Assembly: GCA_947589025.1 (NCBI GenBank)
Contig: CANQAY010000006.1
Span: forward strand, 2,755 to 66,754
Origin: an uncultured Clostridia bacterium
GTDB lineage: Bacteria; Bacillota; Clostridia; Christensenellales; UBA1242
DNA: 64,000 nt
Direction: 5' to 3'
A program made the position numbers and the translations under genes. The notes beneath the pieces are model-generated. The model worked only from the letters and a program-made list of their open reading frames with translations. It was not told where the DNA came from and searched no databases. Shown piece after piece: positions 8,326 to 17,794 of this stretch. How positions within the stretch are numbered: the stretch's first letter is position 1; each line of letters begins with the position of its first letter.

Positions 8326-8340
8326 GGTGGTATTATAACA
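8326..8340 (-). promoter_or_regulatory. Extended -10 box placed for a leaderless start
   Basis: The minus strand reads TGtTATAAT, then accacc (6 nt), then ATG at 8325. Confidence 0.4.
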
Positions 8341-8395
8341 AAATTTAAACAAAAAAACAATAGTTTATCAACAATTAAATTTTAAATGTTTATAA

Positions 8396-8902
8396 TTAAA
8401 TAAATCGGCAGCAAAAGCAGGCAATTATGGCACAAGCAACATTGCAAATTAGCGCTATGGGTATTGTTAGCAATGTCTTTTTAACATGAGTTGAGGCAAA
8501 ATAAATGCTGCTAACATAAAAAATTGTGTCGCTGCTGCCCATAATTACGCTTGCACACTTGCCTATGTAACTATCCACGCCGTAGCGCGCAAAAATATCA
8601 CGTAACAACACGTATGCGGCGTTTGAACTGAACGGGCGGATTAATGTAAGTTCACAAATTTCTGGCGGAATGCCCACCGCCCTAAAAACAGGTGCTAAAA
8701 TGTTGCATAAATAGCCGCTTATGCCGCTATTTCTAAACAATTCAACCGCAACAAACATTGCAATAATAAATGGCATAAGCGATGCCATAAGTGGCAGCAC
8801 ACCTTTTGCCCCGTTAACAAAGCCGGTGTAGGCATCCACCCCTTTTATTAATGCATAAATCATAACAAAGGCAATTAAAATTGGAATAAATAAATCAGCC
8901 AT
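8396..8902 (-). CDS. spmB: Spore maturation protein B-like (nucleoside-recognition/Gate domain membrane protein)
   Basis: Membrane protein adjacent to spmA. The likely start is the MADLFIPIL Met at 8902, which overlaps the spmA stop by 8 nt. Confidence 0.7.
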   Translation of the reverse strand: MADLFIPILIAFVMIYALIKGVDAYTGFVNGAKGVLPLMASLMPFIIAMFVAVELFRNSGISGYLCNILAPVFRAVGIPPEICELTLIRPFSSNAAYVLLRDIFARYGVDSYIGKCASVIMGSSDTIFYVSSIYFASTHVKKTLLTIPIALICNVACAIIACFCCRFI

Positions 8903-9458
8903 CTTTCCGCCTTTTATACAGCGCCGCCACCAACAGCACGCCCAAAATGGTTGGAATAAAGGTGGAAACAATGGTTGGCCACAGAATGCAACTTGGACTT
9001 ACGCTGCCAGCGAGCGCGCGCATGCCAATAACTGTGGTTGGCAAAAGTTGAATGCCCGTAGAATTAATTACCACCAGCATAATCATGGCGCGGGTGGCAC
9101 GCTTGTCCCCCTTATCCAACCCCTGCATGGCCTTAATGCCGTAAGGCGTTGCCGCACTGCCAATGCCAATAATGTTAGATGCAATGTTTAAGCAAATGTT
9201 TTTTTCTGTTTCCGCATCCGTTTTGCCAAAAATATATTGCACGGGGCGGCTTAAAATTTTGGATAGTTTATGGCTAAGTTTACAATCGTCCATCACCTGC
9301 ATAATGCCCATCCACACCGCATAAATGCCAATAAATTCAATGCACATAGTTATGCCCATTTTGCTGGCTTCCATCATGGTGCTAACCACCGTGCTAGGCG
9401 AAAAAATGGCCATCATAATTAGGCTGGAAATTAGCATAGCTATCCAAATTTTGCTCAT
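8895..9458 (-). CDS. spmA: Spore maturation protein A-like (nucleoside-recognition/Gate domain membrane protein)
   Basis: 187-aa polytopic protein with the typical spmA-spmB pairing and N-terminus MSKIWIAMLI. Confidence 0.7.
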   Translation of the reverse strand: MSKIWIAMLISSLIMMAIFSPSTVVSTMMEASKMGITMCIEFIGIYAVWMGIMQVMDDCKLSHKLSKILSRPVQYIFGKTDAETEKNICLNIASNIIGIGSAATPYGIKAMQGLDKGDKRATRAMIMLVVINSTGIQLLPTTVIGMRALAGSVSPSCILWPTIVSTFIPTILGVLLVAALYKRRKDG

Positions 9459-9495
9459 AAATAAATTTATGCAAGCAAAGTTAACATTATGTTTA

Positions 9496-9861
9496 TTAAA
9501 CTATGTCTGCCAAAATATAATTTTTAATTAAATAAATAAATTCGTTGCAAGTTGGCTTGCCCTCGCCCGAATAAAAATAGGCTAATTTATCTTTTAATTT
9601 TCTATCCCAAAGGGTGGCAATTAAATTTCTAATGTCTCGTTCAATAGAGCAATCATGTTTGCCATATTTTGAGGCAAGGCCAGGATAAACCTCTCGCGAA
9701 AAAGATTTAATAATCCGTTGTTTATTTATAATTTCATCTAAAATATCTAATAAAAAATAATAGGCCGTATATTTTTTTGTTATACCCAAATCGGTTATTT
9801 TTTTAGTTAAAAAATAATTTTTGGTTACAATTTTGGTATATTCCTCTTCATATTTGTACAT
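9496..9861 (-). CDS. Stand-alone Spo0A C-terminal (DNA-binding) domain-like protein
   Basis: The segment TKKYTAYYFLLDIL...REVYPGLASKYGKHDCSIERDIRNLI resembles the Spo0A_C effector domain. There is no receiver domain. Start taken at MYKYEEE (9861), which has an AAGGGG SD. Confidence 0.55.
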   Translation of the reverse strand: MYKYEEEYTKIVTKNYFLTKKITDLGITKKYTAYYFLLDILDEIINKQRIIKSFSREVYPGLASKYGKHDCSIERDIRNLIATLWDRKLKDKLAYFYSGEGKPTCNEFIYLIKNYILADIV

Positions 9862-9913
9862 TTTTTGCCCCTTACATAACAAAAATAGCACAAATTTTAA
9901 TCAAAGTCAATAC

Positions 9914-9946
9914 TTTTGTACAAAATTATTCCATTTTTGTACAAAA
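9914..9946. promoter_or_regulatory. Two copies of the palindrome TTTTGTACAAAA, 21 bp apart
   Basis: Perfect 12-bp palindromes at 9914-9925 and 9935-9946, each followed by T(T/A)AT. They lie just upstream of a TTGACT -35 box (9905-9910) of the Spo0A_C-like gene. Confidence 0.5.
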
Positions 9947-10003
9947 TAATACATTTTTTAACAAAATAGTAAAAAACAGGGTTTTTAAGCCCTGTTTTTA
10001 ATA

Positions 10004-12157
10004 TTAATCAATACCCTTCATTGTTAAGGAAATGCGCTTTTTGGTTAGGTCAACAGATAAAATTTTAACTTTTACGCGCTGGCCCACTTTAAGTACTTCG
10101 CTTGGGTGGGAGATGTAACTATCGCTAATTTGAGAGATATGCACAAGGCCATCCTGATGCACGCCAATATCCACAAATGCGCCAAAGTCAATAACATTGC
10201 GCACTGTGCCATCCAGCACCATATCTGGCTTTAAATCTTCCATGGAAAGGATGTCGCTTCTAAGCTCAGGCAGTGGCATATCCTCACGCACATCGCGGCC
10301 GGGCTTTAAAAGTTCTTTAACAATATCTTGCAAGGTTGGCACACCCACGCCAATGGCATCTGCCACTTTTTGCTCGCCTTTCTTATCAATAAGGGTTGGC
10401 AGCATACTAAGTTCACCCGCCTTAATTTGTTCGTCAGTTAGGTTAAACAATTTAAGCAGTTTTTCAACGGCTGGATAACTTTCTGGGTGCACAGCAGTGT
10501 TATCCAAAATGTTTTTGCCATCGGTAATGCGTAAGAAGCCGGCGCACTGCTCATAAGCCTTTGGGCCCATCTTTTTAACTTTTAAAAGTTCTTCTCTATT
10601 ATCAATATGCTTAACTTGGCTGCGGTAATCCACAATATTTTCCGCAAGGCTACCCGATATGCCGGAAACATAAGAAAGCAGGCTAACAGATGCAGTGTTA
10701 AGGTCCACCCCCACGCTGTTAACGCAATCTTCCACCGTGTTGGTTAGCACTTCAGTAAGGCGGTTTTGTGGCATATCGTGCTGATATTGCCCCACGCCAA
10801 TGGATTTAACATCAATTTTAATAAGTTCGGCAAGCGGGTCTTGTAATCTGCGGGCAATGGAAACCGCGCTGCGCAAATTAACATCGTAATCTGGAAACTC
10901 TTTAGCGGCAAGTTTAGAAGCACTGTAAACGGAAGCGCCTGCCTCATTAACCATGGCGTAACTAACCTTGCGCGGGCAGGTTTTAATAAGATCCGCCACC
11001 AAAATTTCACTTTCCTTACTTGCTGTGCCGTTGCCAATGGCAATAATGTCCACATTATTTTTAACAATCATGTCAGTCAACTTTTTCTTTGCTTCTTCCA
11101 CCCTATTTTGTGGTGGAGTTGGGTGAACAACGGCAGTGTCAAGCACGTCACCTTTAACATCAATAACTGCAATTTTGCAGCCGTTGTAATAGCCTGGGTC
11201 GTAACCCATAATAACGTTATTTTTAAGTGGAGCCTGCAAAAGAAGCGGCTTTAAATTAACTTCAAACATTTTAATGGCCTGCTCGTTTGCTCGGTCAGTT
11301 AGCGCAGTGCGGCACTCCCGCTCTAGCGATGGGAACAGCAGCCTATCGTAACTGTCGGCAATTGTTTCCTCCATAATGGTGTTGGTAAATTCGTTATCCT
11401 TTTTATATGCCTTTTCAATTTCAGTAACGGTAAGTTTTGGGTTAATTTCAATGTCAACTTTAAGGCATTTTTCCTTTTCCCCACGGTTTAGCGCAAGTAT
11501 GCGGTGGCTTGGTATTTTAGATACTTCACCTTTAAAATCTTTATAATTTTCATATGTTTTATTCTCGTCTGCCTTTTCATCCCACGCTGACACAATGTTT
11601 GCCTTTTTGGCAATAATTTCACGCAGGGTTTTGCGCAGATTTGCATCGTCACTAATGCGCTCGGCAATAATATCCTTTGCGCCGGCAATTGCCTCGATGG
11701 CATCTTTAACGCCCTTTTCTTCACTAACATATGCAGCGGCAAGCACATTAACTGGCTCGGTTAAATTTTGCGCCAAAATTATGTCGGCAAGCGGCTCCAA
11801 CCCTTTGGCAATGGCCACTGTGGCACGTGTTTTGCGTTTTGGCTTATATGGCCTATAAATATCTTCCACTTCGGTTAAGGTGAGTGCATTTTCAAGCGCC
11901 AAAGCAATTTCGTCCGTCCACTTTTCTTGCTCACGGATGACTTTTTCCACCTTTTCCTTTTCTTTATTTAAATTTCTTAAATAGTTTAGTCTATCCGCAA
12001 AATCCCTTAGTACTTGGTCATCACACGCGCCGTGCATCTCTTTACGATAACGCGCAATAAACGGGATTGTGTTGCCCTCGTCAATAAGATTGATAATGTT
12101 TTCAGCATACTGCTCTTTTAAATTAAATTCGTACGCCAACTGTTTTTGTAATTCCAT
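10004..12157 (-). CDS. tex: Tex-like transcription accessory protein with S1 RNA-binding domain
   Basis: 717 aa with a Tex N-terminal region (IPFIARYRKE), a YqgF-like region, HhH motifs and a C-terminal S1 domain (GTVRNVIDFGAFVDIG...GLVHISQ). Confidence 0.93.
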   Translation of the reverse strand: MELQKQLAYEFNLKEQYAENIINLIDEGNTIPFIARYRKEMHGACDDQVLRDFADRLNYLRNLNKEKEKVEKVIREQEKWTDEIALALENALTLTEVEDIYRPYKPKRKTRATVAIAKGLEPLADIILAQNLTEPVNVLAAAYVSEEKGVKDAIEAIAGAKDIIAERISDDANLRKTLREIIAKKANIVSAWDEKADENKTYENYKDFKGEVSKIPSHRILALNRGEKEKCLKVDIEINPKLTVTEIEKAYKKDNEFTNTIMEETIADSYDRLLFPSLERECRTALTDRANEQAIKMFEVNLKPLLLQAPLKNNVIMGYDPGYYNGCKIAVIDVKGDVLDTAVVHPTPPQNRVEEAKKKLTDMIVKNNVDIIAIGNGTASKESEILVADLIKTCPRKVSYAMVNEAGASVYSASKLAAKEFPDYDVNLRSAVSIARRLQDPLAELIKIDVKSIGVGQYQHDMPQNRLTEVLTNTVEDCVNSVGVDLNTASVSLLSYVSGISGSLAENIVDYRSQVKHIDNREELLKVKKMGPKAYEQCAGFLRITDGKNILDNTAVHPESYPAVEKLLKLFNLTDEQIKAGELSMLPTLIDKKGEQKVADAIGVGVPTLQDIVKELLKPGRDVREDMPLPELRSDILSMEDLKPDMVLDGTVRNVIDFGAFVDIGVHQDGLVHISQISDSYISHPSEVLKVGQRVKVKILSVDLTKKRISLTMKGID

Positions 12158-12275
12158 AAATTTTCCTTTTAAACTTGAATATTATAGCAAATAAAATAAA
12201 ATTTTCAAAATAAAAAATAAAAAAATTTCAATTTATTGACAAGCAATGCAAAAAGTAATAAAATGTTTTTAGAGG

Positions 12276-12608
12276 ATGAGTATGATTAGTAAAAAAGATT
12301 ATTTGCAAGATAGAAGCTTAAACATTGAAACGGAAGGCCCTGCGGTTTTGGGGCAGACTATTGTTAACCGCCTTTTAAAAGCCAAAGTTGAAATAAATGG
12401 GCGGGTTAAAATTAAAAAATTTGCAACGCTTGGCAAGGTTATTGATTTGGTTAAAGAAGACCAATTAAAAAATGTTAGAAGTTTATATAAAAAGCATAGG
12501 CGCGGCATTATGGACTATTTAGATTTTATTGGTGTTTTGGAATATCTTGGCATTGACAACACGGAAAAAGAAAGGCTTTGCAACGATAGTTGGACTAACG
12601 ATTTATAA
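12276..12608 (+). CDS. Hypothetical protein
   Basis: 110-aa ORF with a GAGGA SD. No family recognised. Confidence 0.45.
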   Translation: MSMISKKDYLQDRSLNIETEGPAVLGQTIVNRLLKAKVEINGRVKIKKFATLGKVIDLVKEDQLKNVRSLYKKHRRGIMDYLDFIGVLEYLGIDNTEKERLCNDSWTNDL

Positions 12609-12611
12609 AAA

Positions 12612-12636
12612 ACTCCGCATTGTGCGGAGTTTTATG
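12612..12636. terminator. Bidirectional terminator
   Basis: Stem ACTCCGCA/TGCGGAGT (12612-12619 with 12623-12630), flanked by an A-run and a T-run, between convergent genes. Confidence 0.7.
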
Positions 12637-12638
12637 TT

Positions 12639-13184
12639 TTATAAGCCTAAAATGCCATTATTTTCATCCAAAATGTCGGCAAACTCAGTTTCAAACTGTG
12701 CCTTTTTCTTAGCTTGTTCATTTTGGCTATCTTGTAAATAGCGCTCGTCTTGCGCCAATTTTGCTTTGTTCTGTTGCAAGCGCCTTATCATGTTGGCAAT
12801 GCCACGGTCTGCGTCAGAAATTTCTATTTTTGTGCTATATGCACGCATTTTTTTGTAAAGTTCATCGCCTAAATTATTTTTTAAAAATTCAATCCATTTT
12901 GCTAAAATTTCATCATGGTCGCAACGCTTTGTTTGAAAAGCGATGTCTTTTGCAGTAAACCTTATAAAATCTGCCGAATTTTTAATAAAAAAGTAATATG
13001 TAACAGTTATTTCAGTTGAAAGAGATCTTGCCAATTCAATTTCAACACGTTTTACTTTTCCGTTTGTTTCTAAATATGGGTTAATTTCGTTAAAGAACTG
13101 CACAAAATTTTCTTGCGGAATTGCCGACATGCCACTTTCTAAAATGTTGCTGTTTTTTAAAAAATTGTCAAAAATAAACTTCAT
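12639..13184 (-). CDS. Hypothetical protein
   Basis: ORF with a GGAGG SD before the ATG at 13184 (MKFIFDNF). No family recognised. Confidence 0.45.
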   Translation of the reverse strand: MKFIFDNFLKNSNILESGMSAIPQENFVQFFNEINPYLETNGKVKRVEIELARSLSTEITVTYYFFIKNSADFIRFTAKDIAFQTKRCDHDEILAKWIEFLKNNLGDELYKKMRAYSTKIEISDADRGIANMIRRLQQNKAKLAQDERYLQDSQNEQAKKKAQFETEFADILDENNGILGL

Positions 13185-13286
13185 ATTTGCCTCCAACTAT
13201 CGCAATTATAACACACAAAATGAGGCTTGTCAATAGCAAAAATTTAAAAACTCCGCATTCGCGGGTTTTTTATTTTTTAAGGTTGA

Positions 13287-13327
13287 GATTGCCACGCGGC
13301 TTGATGGACAAGCCACCTCGCAATGAC
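13287..13327 (+). repeat. GC-rich hairpin repeat (GATTGCC...CTCGCAATGAC family), copy downstream of PFOR
   Basis: Sequence GATTGCCACGCGGCTTGATGGACAAGCCACCTCGCAATGAC. The ends ATTGC/GCAAT and the internal GGCTTG/CAAGCC are self-complementary. Related copies lie at 16868-16990. Confidence 0.6.
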
Positions 13328-13345
13328 ATTGATTAATTGGGTTTT

Positions 13346-16300
13346 TTATTTTTGGTTTTTGTAAGTTTTGCGGCGGGCGGCGGCATCCTGTTCGCTTTTA
13401 TTTAAAAGTTCTTCTTTATTTTGCTTATTAACTTTTTCTAGTATTGCAAAGCGGTTTTCCGTTTCAACATAATCTCTATAATTCATAGTAGGGTCAAAAC
13501 TATCAATTTGCATTGGGGTTTTTAGTGTTGGGTTATATCTAAACAAGGTGTTATATCCGCTTTTTACCGAATTGAAGGCGTGCTGGTTTGCGTAACGCAA
13601 ATCATAACCGTGGCTTATGCATGGCGAATATGCAATAATAACGCTTGGGCCGTTGTAGGCTTCCGCCTCGCTAATTGCCTTAATGCATTGCTCTGGGTTG
13701 GCGCCCAAAGAAACGCACGCAACATACACGTCCTTATATGTCATAAGCATGGAGGCTAAATCCTTCTTTTTTGTGGTTTTGCCGGTTAAATTAAACTTGG
13801 CGGTTGCCCCGCGCGGTGTTGATTTGCTGGTTTGCCCGCCAGTGTTGGAATAAACCTCGCTATCCAGCACCAAAATGTTTACATTTTCCCCGCTGGCAAC
13901 AACATGGTCCAGCCCACCAAAGCCAATGTCGTAAGCCCAGCCATCGCCGCCAATTATCCACACGCTTGGGCTGGTGATTAGCGATAAATTATCAAACAAA
14001 AATTTATCTTTAGCGGCAATTTTATATTTTTTGCTAAACTCTTTAAAGTCAATTAAAAGTTGTTTGTTTTGCTCATGATTTTCAGGCGATTTTAAAAATT
14101 TATCCACCTTTTCTTGAATTAGGCTAGAAAATTGGGTGTTTTTTAGCCTTTCAATAAAGTTTTTGCGCTGGTTTTTCTTAGAAACGGCAATGCCGTAGCC
14201 GAACTCGGCGTTATCTTCAAACAGGCTGTTTGCCCAACTTGGGCCAAAGCCGGATTGGTCCTTAGCGTATGGGCAGGTTGGGTATGTTCCGCCATAAATT
14301 GACGAGCAACCGGTGGCGTTGGCAATAAGCATTCTATCGCCAAACAGTTGGCTAACAAGTTTTATGTAAGGCGTTTCACCACAGCCGGCGCACGCGCCAG
14401 AAAATTCAAAATAAGGCTGTTTAAACTGCACATTTTTAACGCTTAGTTCTTTTGGTGGTGCCAATTTTTTAAGCTGAGCTTGGAAGGTTATGTTGTTAAC
14501 TTCGCGCCCCCTAATTTCGTCCGCATTTTTCATAACAAGGGCTTTAACTGGGCAGGCCTCGGCACACACGCCACAGCCGGTGCAGTTAAGTGTATCTATC
14601 TGTAAATGATAATTCCCCTTGCCCGTTATGCTTTTTTTGTAGGTGTAACCTTCAATAACTTTTTGCTTTTCGCTAAACTTGGCTGGACGGATGGCTGCGT
14701 GTGGGCACATCAATGTGCACCTGCCACACTCAATGCACTTTTCACTTATCCACTCCGGCAAGGTGCTTGCAATGGCGCGTTTTTCAAATTTTGCCGTGTC
14801 GGTTGGCATATGGCCGCTAATTTCAAACTGGCTTACCGCTATGCTGTTGCCCGCCTGCGTGGAGGTTGGCACAATTATTTTGTTGTAATATTCATCCTTT
14901 TCCCCAACCGTTTTTGGCTTGTTGTTTGGGGCGAGTTTCGCGGTGTCTATCTTTAAAATTTTATCTTCCACAACGTCCACTGCGGCGTTGTTTGCGTCCA
15001 GCACTTTTTGGCCTTTTTTAGCGTAAGATTTTTCAATCATTTCTTTAATCTTTTTAACGGCAACATCTTTTGGCAAAAGGCCGGTTACTTCAAACATTGC
15101 GGTTTGCATAATTGTGTTAATTTTTGCACCCAAATTGTGTGCTGTGGCTATTTTGTTGGCGTCAATAGTGTAAACCTTAATGTTTTTATTTTTAATATCT
15201 GCCTGCATTTTATCTGGCATAATTTCGCTTAAACGTGCCTCGTCCATGCTGCAATTGATAAGCAATTTGCCGTCCTTTTTAAGGCAATCAGTTATATCAT
15301 ATTTAGAAACAAACCCCACATTGTTGCACATAACAAAATCCACCTGCGTTGGGTTAAATGGCGCAAATATTGGGAACGAACTAGACCTCATGTGCGAAAT
15401 GGTTAGGCTGCCGGATTTTTTGCTATCGTAATCAAAATAACCTTGCATATAGTTTACGGTTTCTTCACCCAAAATTTTAATGGTGTTTTTAACCGAACTA
15501 ACGCTGCCGTCACTGCCCAGGCCGTAAACGCGCATGGTAAAATTGCTAATTTCGTCCACATATTGTGGCTTAATTTCAAGGCTTGTTTGTGTAAGGTCGT
15601 CATTAATGCCAACGGTAAAAAACTGCTTGCCGTCCTGCACCATATTGTCATAAACGGCAATGGCCATATCGGGCGTAAACTCCTTACCACCCAGGCCAAA
15701 CACGCCAGAAAAACATTTTGCACTAATATCATTTTTTTGCAAAACGGACATAACAATGCTTGTTAATGTGTCAATGCCGTTAACATCCAAATTGCGCTCC
15801 AAAATTGTTATGTTTTTAACACCTTTTGGCAGTTTATTTAAAAATTCTGCTTCGTCAAAAGGTTTTAACATCCTAACCTTTAACACTCCGGCATTTTTTA
15901 GCCCGGGCACTGCCAACTTGCAAACATCCGCACTTGTGCCCATGGTTACAATCACATTTTTTGCGTTAGCATCCCCAAAATATTCAATTGTTTCATATTT
16001 TCTAGTTGTAATTTCCGCCTGCTTATTTAATGCCTCTTTAAAAATTGGCAACACTTTGCTGTATTTAGAAAGTGCCATAACCCTGTTTTGCATAAACACA
16101 TCTGGGTTTTGATTTGTGCCTGCGGCATATGGCTGATGGTTGTTTATTGCGCGGCTTTTAAACGCAGCAAAATCCTGCTCGGATACAATCTTTTTAAGGT
16201 CTTCAAGTTCGGTTACATAAATGGTGGAAAGTTCGTGGCTTGTCCTAAACCCATCAAAAAAGCAAATAAATGGCGTGGAAGATTTTAAACTTGCCAACTC

Positions 16301-16762
16301 ACAAGCAATGGCAAGGTCATTCACTTCCTGCACGTTGGAGCAGCAAACAACATTAAAGCCGGTTTTAAGGCAGGCGTAAATATCGCTGTAATCACAAAAA
16401 ATGTTAAGCGCGTGGGTGGCAAGGCTGCGCGCGGAAACATAAAACACGGCAGGAAGCCCCTCCCCCGCAATTTTGTACATGTTGGGTATCATAAGCAACA
16501 AACCCTGGCTGGAAGTGAACGTTGTAGTTTTGCTGCCAGCAATTAGGCTGCCATGCACCGCGCCTGCAACCCCCGCCTCACTTTGCATTTGGGTTAAAAC
16601 AAGGTTGCTGCCAAAAATGTTTTGCTTGTTTTCGAACACAAATTGGTCACAGTCCTCCGCCATAGGGCTGGACGGCGTAATTGGATATATAACGGCCACC
16701 TCATTAAACATATATGCAATGTTAGCGGCGGCAAAATTTCCATCAACTGTAAGTTTTTTCAT
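13346..16762 (-). CDS. nifJ: Pyruvate:ferredoxin (flavodoxin) oxidoreductase
   Basis: About 1140 aa in a single-chain PFOR layout, with two 4Fe-4S ferredoxin motifs (CIECGRCTLMCPH, CTGCGVCAEACP) and a TPP-binding GDGW motif. Start at MKKLTVDG (16762) with a GGAG SD. Confidence 0.95.
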   Translation of the reverse strand: MKKLTVDGNFAAANIAYMFNEVAVIYPITPSSPMAEDCDQFVFENKQNIFGSNLVLTQMQSEAGVAGAVHGSLIAGSKTTTFTSSQGLLLMIPNMYKIAGEGLPAVFYVSARSLATHALNIFCDYSDIYACLKTGFNVVCCSNVQEVNDLAIACELASLKSSTPFICFFDGFRTSHELSTIYVTELEDLKKIVSEQDFAAFKSRAINNHQPYAAGTNQNPDVFMQNRVMALSKYSKVLPIFKEALNKQAEITTRKYETIEYFGDANAKNVIVTMGTSADVCKLAVPGLKNAGVLKVRMLKPFDEAEFLNKLPKGVKNITILERNLDVNGIDTLTSIVMSVLQKNDISAKCFSGVFGLGGKEFTPDMAIAVYDNMVQDGKQFFTVGINDDLTQTSLEIKPQYVDEISNFTMRVYGLGSDGSVSSVKNTIKILGEETVNYMQGYFDYDSKKSGSLTISHMRSSSFPIFAPFNPTQVDFVMCNNVGFVSKYDITDCLKKDGKLLINCSMDEARLSEIMPDKMQADIKNKNIKVYTIDANKIATAHNLGAKINTIMQTAMFEVTGLLPKDVAVKKIKEMIEKSYAKKGQKVLDANNAAVDVVEDKILKIDTAKLAPNNKPKTVGEKDEYYNKIIVPTSTQAGNSIAVSQFEISGHMPTDTAKFEKRAIASTLPEWISEKCIECGRCTLMCPHAAIRPAKFSEKQKVIEGYTYKKSITGKGNYHLQIDTLNCTGCGVCAEACPVKALVMKNADEIRGREVNNITFQAQLKKLAPPKELSVKNVQFKQPYFEFSGACAGCGETPYIKLVSQLFGDRMLIANATGCSSIYGGTYPTCPYAKDQSGFGPSWANSLFEDNAEFGYGIAVSKKNQRKNFIERLKNTQFSSLIQEKVDKFLKSPENHEQNKQLLIDFKEFSKKYKIAAKDKFLFDNLSLITSPSVWIIGGDGWAYDIGFGGLDHVVASGENVNILVLDSEVYSNTGGQTSKSTPRGATAKFNLTGKTTKKKDLASMLMTYKDVYVACVSLGANPEQCIKAISEAEAYNGPSVIIAYSPCISHGYDLRYANQHAFNSVKSGYNTLFRYNPTLKTPMQIDSFDPTMNYRDYVETENRFAILEKVNKQNKEELLNKSEQDAAARRKTYKNQK

Positions 16763-16867
16763 AAAAACTCCTTTTAATAACATTGTACACCTTTTTGTTT
16801 CATTTTCAAAATAAAATTTAGTTTATTTTATGCGGGCACAAAAAAAGCGCTTTCTAGCGCAATTAAT

Positions 16868-16901
16868 GTCATTCTGAGCGAACGAAGTGAGCGTGAGAAT
16901 C
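16868..16901 (-). repeat. GC-rich repeat, inverted copy
   Basis: GTCATTCTGAGCGAACGAAGTGAGCGTGAGAATC. Its reverse complement, GATTCTCACGC...CTCAGAATGAC, matches the ends of the 13287 copy. Confidence 0.55.
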
Positions 16902-16905
16902 TAAA

Positions 16906-16937
16906 GATTGCCGCGTCGCTATCGCTCCTCGCATGAC
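16906..16937 (+). repeat. GC-rich repeat, direct copy
   Basis: GATTGCCGCGTCGCTATCGCTCCTCGCATGAC shares the GATTGCC...CTCGCA(A)TGAC ends. Confidence 0.55.
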
Positions 16938-16950
16938 AGGGATGAACTAT

Positions 16951-16990
16951 TAATGACATTATTGACCCCTCGTAATGACAGTGAGGGGTT
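16951..16990 (+). repeat. Partial repeat copy plus hairpin
   Basis: Contains AATGACATT and CGTAATGACA end motifs and the hairpin ACCCCTC/GAGGGGT (16965-16971 with 16983-16989). Confidence 0.4.
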
Positions 16991-17059
16991 AAAATTACAT
17001 AGAGGAAATAAGCAAAAGTTTAACTGCGGGGCAAAATATTTTGAAATTACACTTTTTTA

Positions 17060-17074
17060 TGTTACAATTGCCTT
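17060..17074 (+). promoter_or_regulatory. Extended -10 box placed for a leaderless truA start
   Basis: TGtTACAAT (17060-17068), then tgcctt (6 nt), then ATG at 17075. No SD. Confidence 0.5.
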
Positions 17075-17794
17075 ATGAGATATTTAATGATTGTGCAGTA
17101 TGATGGCATAAATTATTCCGGCTGGCAAAGGCAAGAAAAGGCAATTACAATTCAGCAGGTTTTAGAAGAAAAACTGCAAATTTTGTTGCGTCATGAAGTT
17201 AATTGTGTGGCAAGTGGGCGCACGGATGCGGGCGTCTCCGCCTATTTTCAGCCCGTGCATTTTGAAACGGAAAAAGAGCTAACCCCCCAAAAATTTATTT
17301 ATTCACTTAACGGGCTTTTGCCAGAGGACATTAAGGTTTTAAGCCTTGTAAAAACTGAGTTGCACGCGCGCTTTTCCGCTAAAAGAAAAACTTATTTATA
17401 TAAAATGTATTTAAGCAACATAAGTTTGCCGCTTTACGCACGCGCGCTGCAGGTTAACCCGGATGTGGACATTAAACTTATGCAAAAATTTTGTAAACTA
17501 ATTAAGGGCAAACATGATTTTGTGGGGTTTAGGGCCAGCGGCGGAGTTAACGAAAACACTGTGCGCACAATATATTCCGCCCGCCTGGTGCGTGATGGCT
17601 TGTGCCTAAATTTTTACATCACAGGCAACGGTTTTTTATATAAAATGGTGCGCAACATTGTTGGCACGATGCTGGAAATTGGCAAACACAAATTAAATTA
17701 TAATGAAGTTAAGTCCGCCCTATTTAACGGCTACAAAAGCAGGCACACCGCCAAGCCCGAGCACCTTTACTTGCTAAATGTGGAATATAAATAA
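17075..17794 (+). CDS. truA: tRNA pseudouridine(38-40) synthase
   Basis: 239 aa with the YDGxxYxGWQ N-terminus and catalytic GRTDAGVSA motif. Confidence 0.92.
   Translation: MRYLMIVQYDGINYSGWQRQEKAITIQQVLEEKLQILLRHEVNCVASGRTDAGVSAYFQPVHFETEKELTPQKFIYSLNGLLPEDIKVLSLVKTELHARFSAKRKTYLYKMYLSNISLPLYARALQVNPDVDIKLMQKFCKLIKGKHDFVGFRASGGVNENTVRTIYSARLVRDGLCLNFYITGNGFLYKMVRNIVGTMLEIGKHKLNYNEVKSALFNGYKSRHTAKPEHLYLLNVEYK

Noticed and set aside
13245-13275. Hairpin CCGC-ATTC-GCGG with flanking A-run and T-run as the PFOR terminator.
   Set aside because: The stem is only 4-5 bp. It may still function together with the adjacent GC-rich repeat hairpin, but the evidence is too weak to list it as a feature.
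14143-16288. Multiple 60-150-aa ORFs on both strands inside the PFOR gene, with similar nested ORFs in tex, rnr, fusA, pyk, pgk and the CoA-transferase gene.
   Set aside because: They are fully nested in or antisense to long, motif-supported genes. They lack SDs or promoters, so they were treated as frame noise in locally G+C-richer coding sequence.
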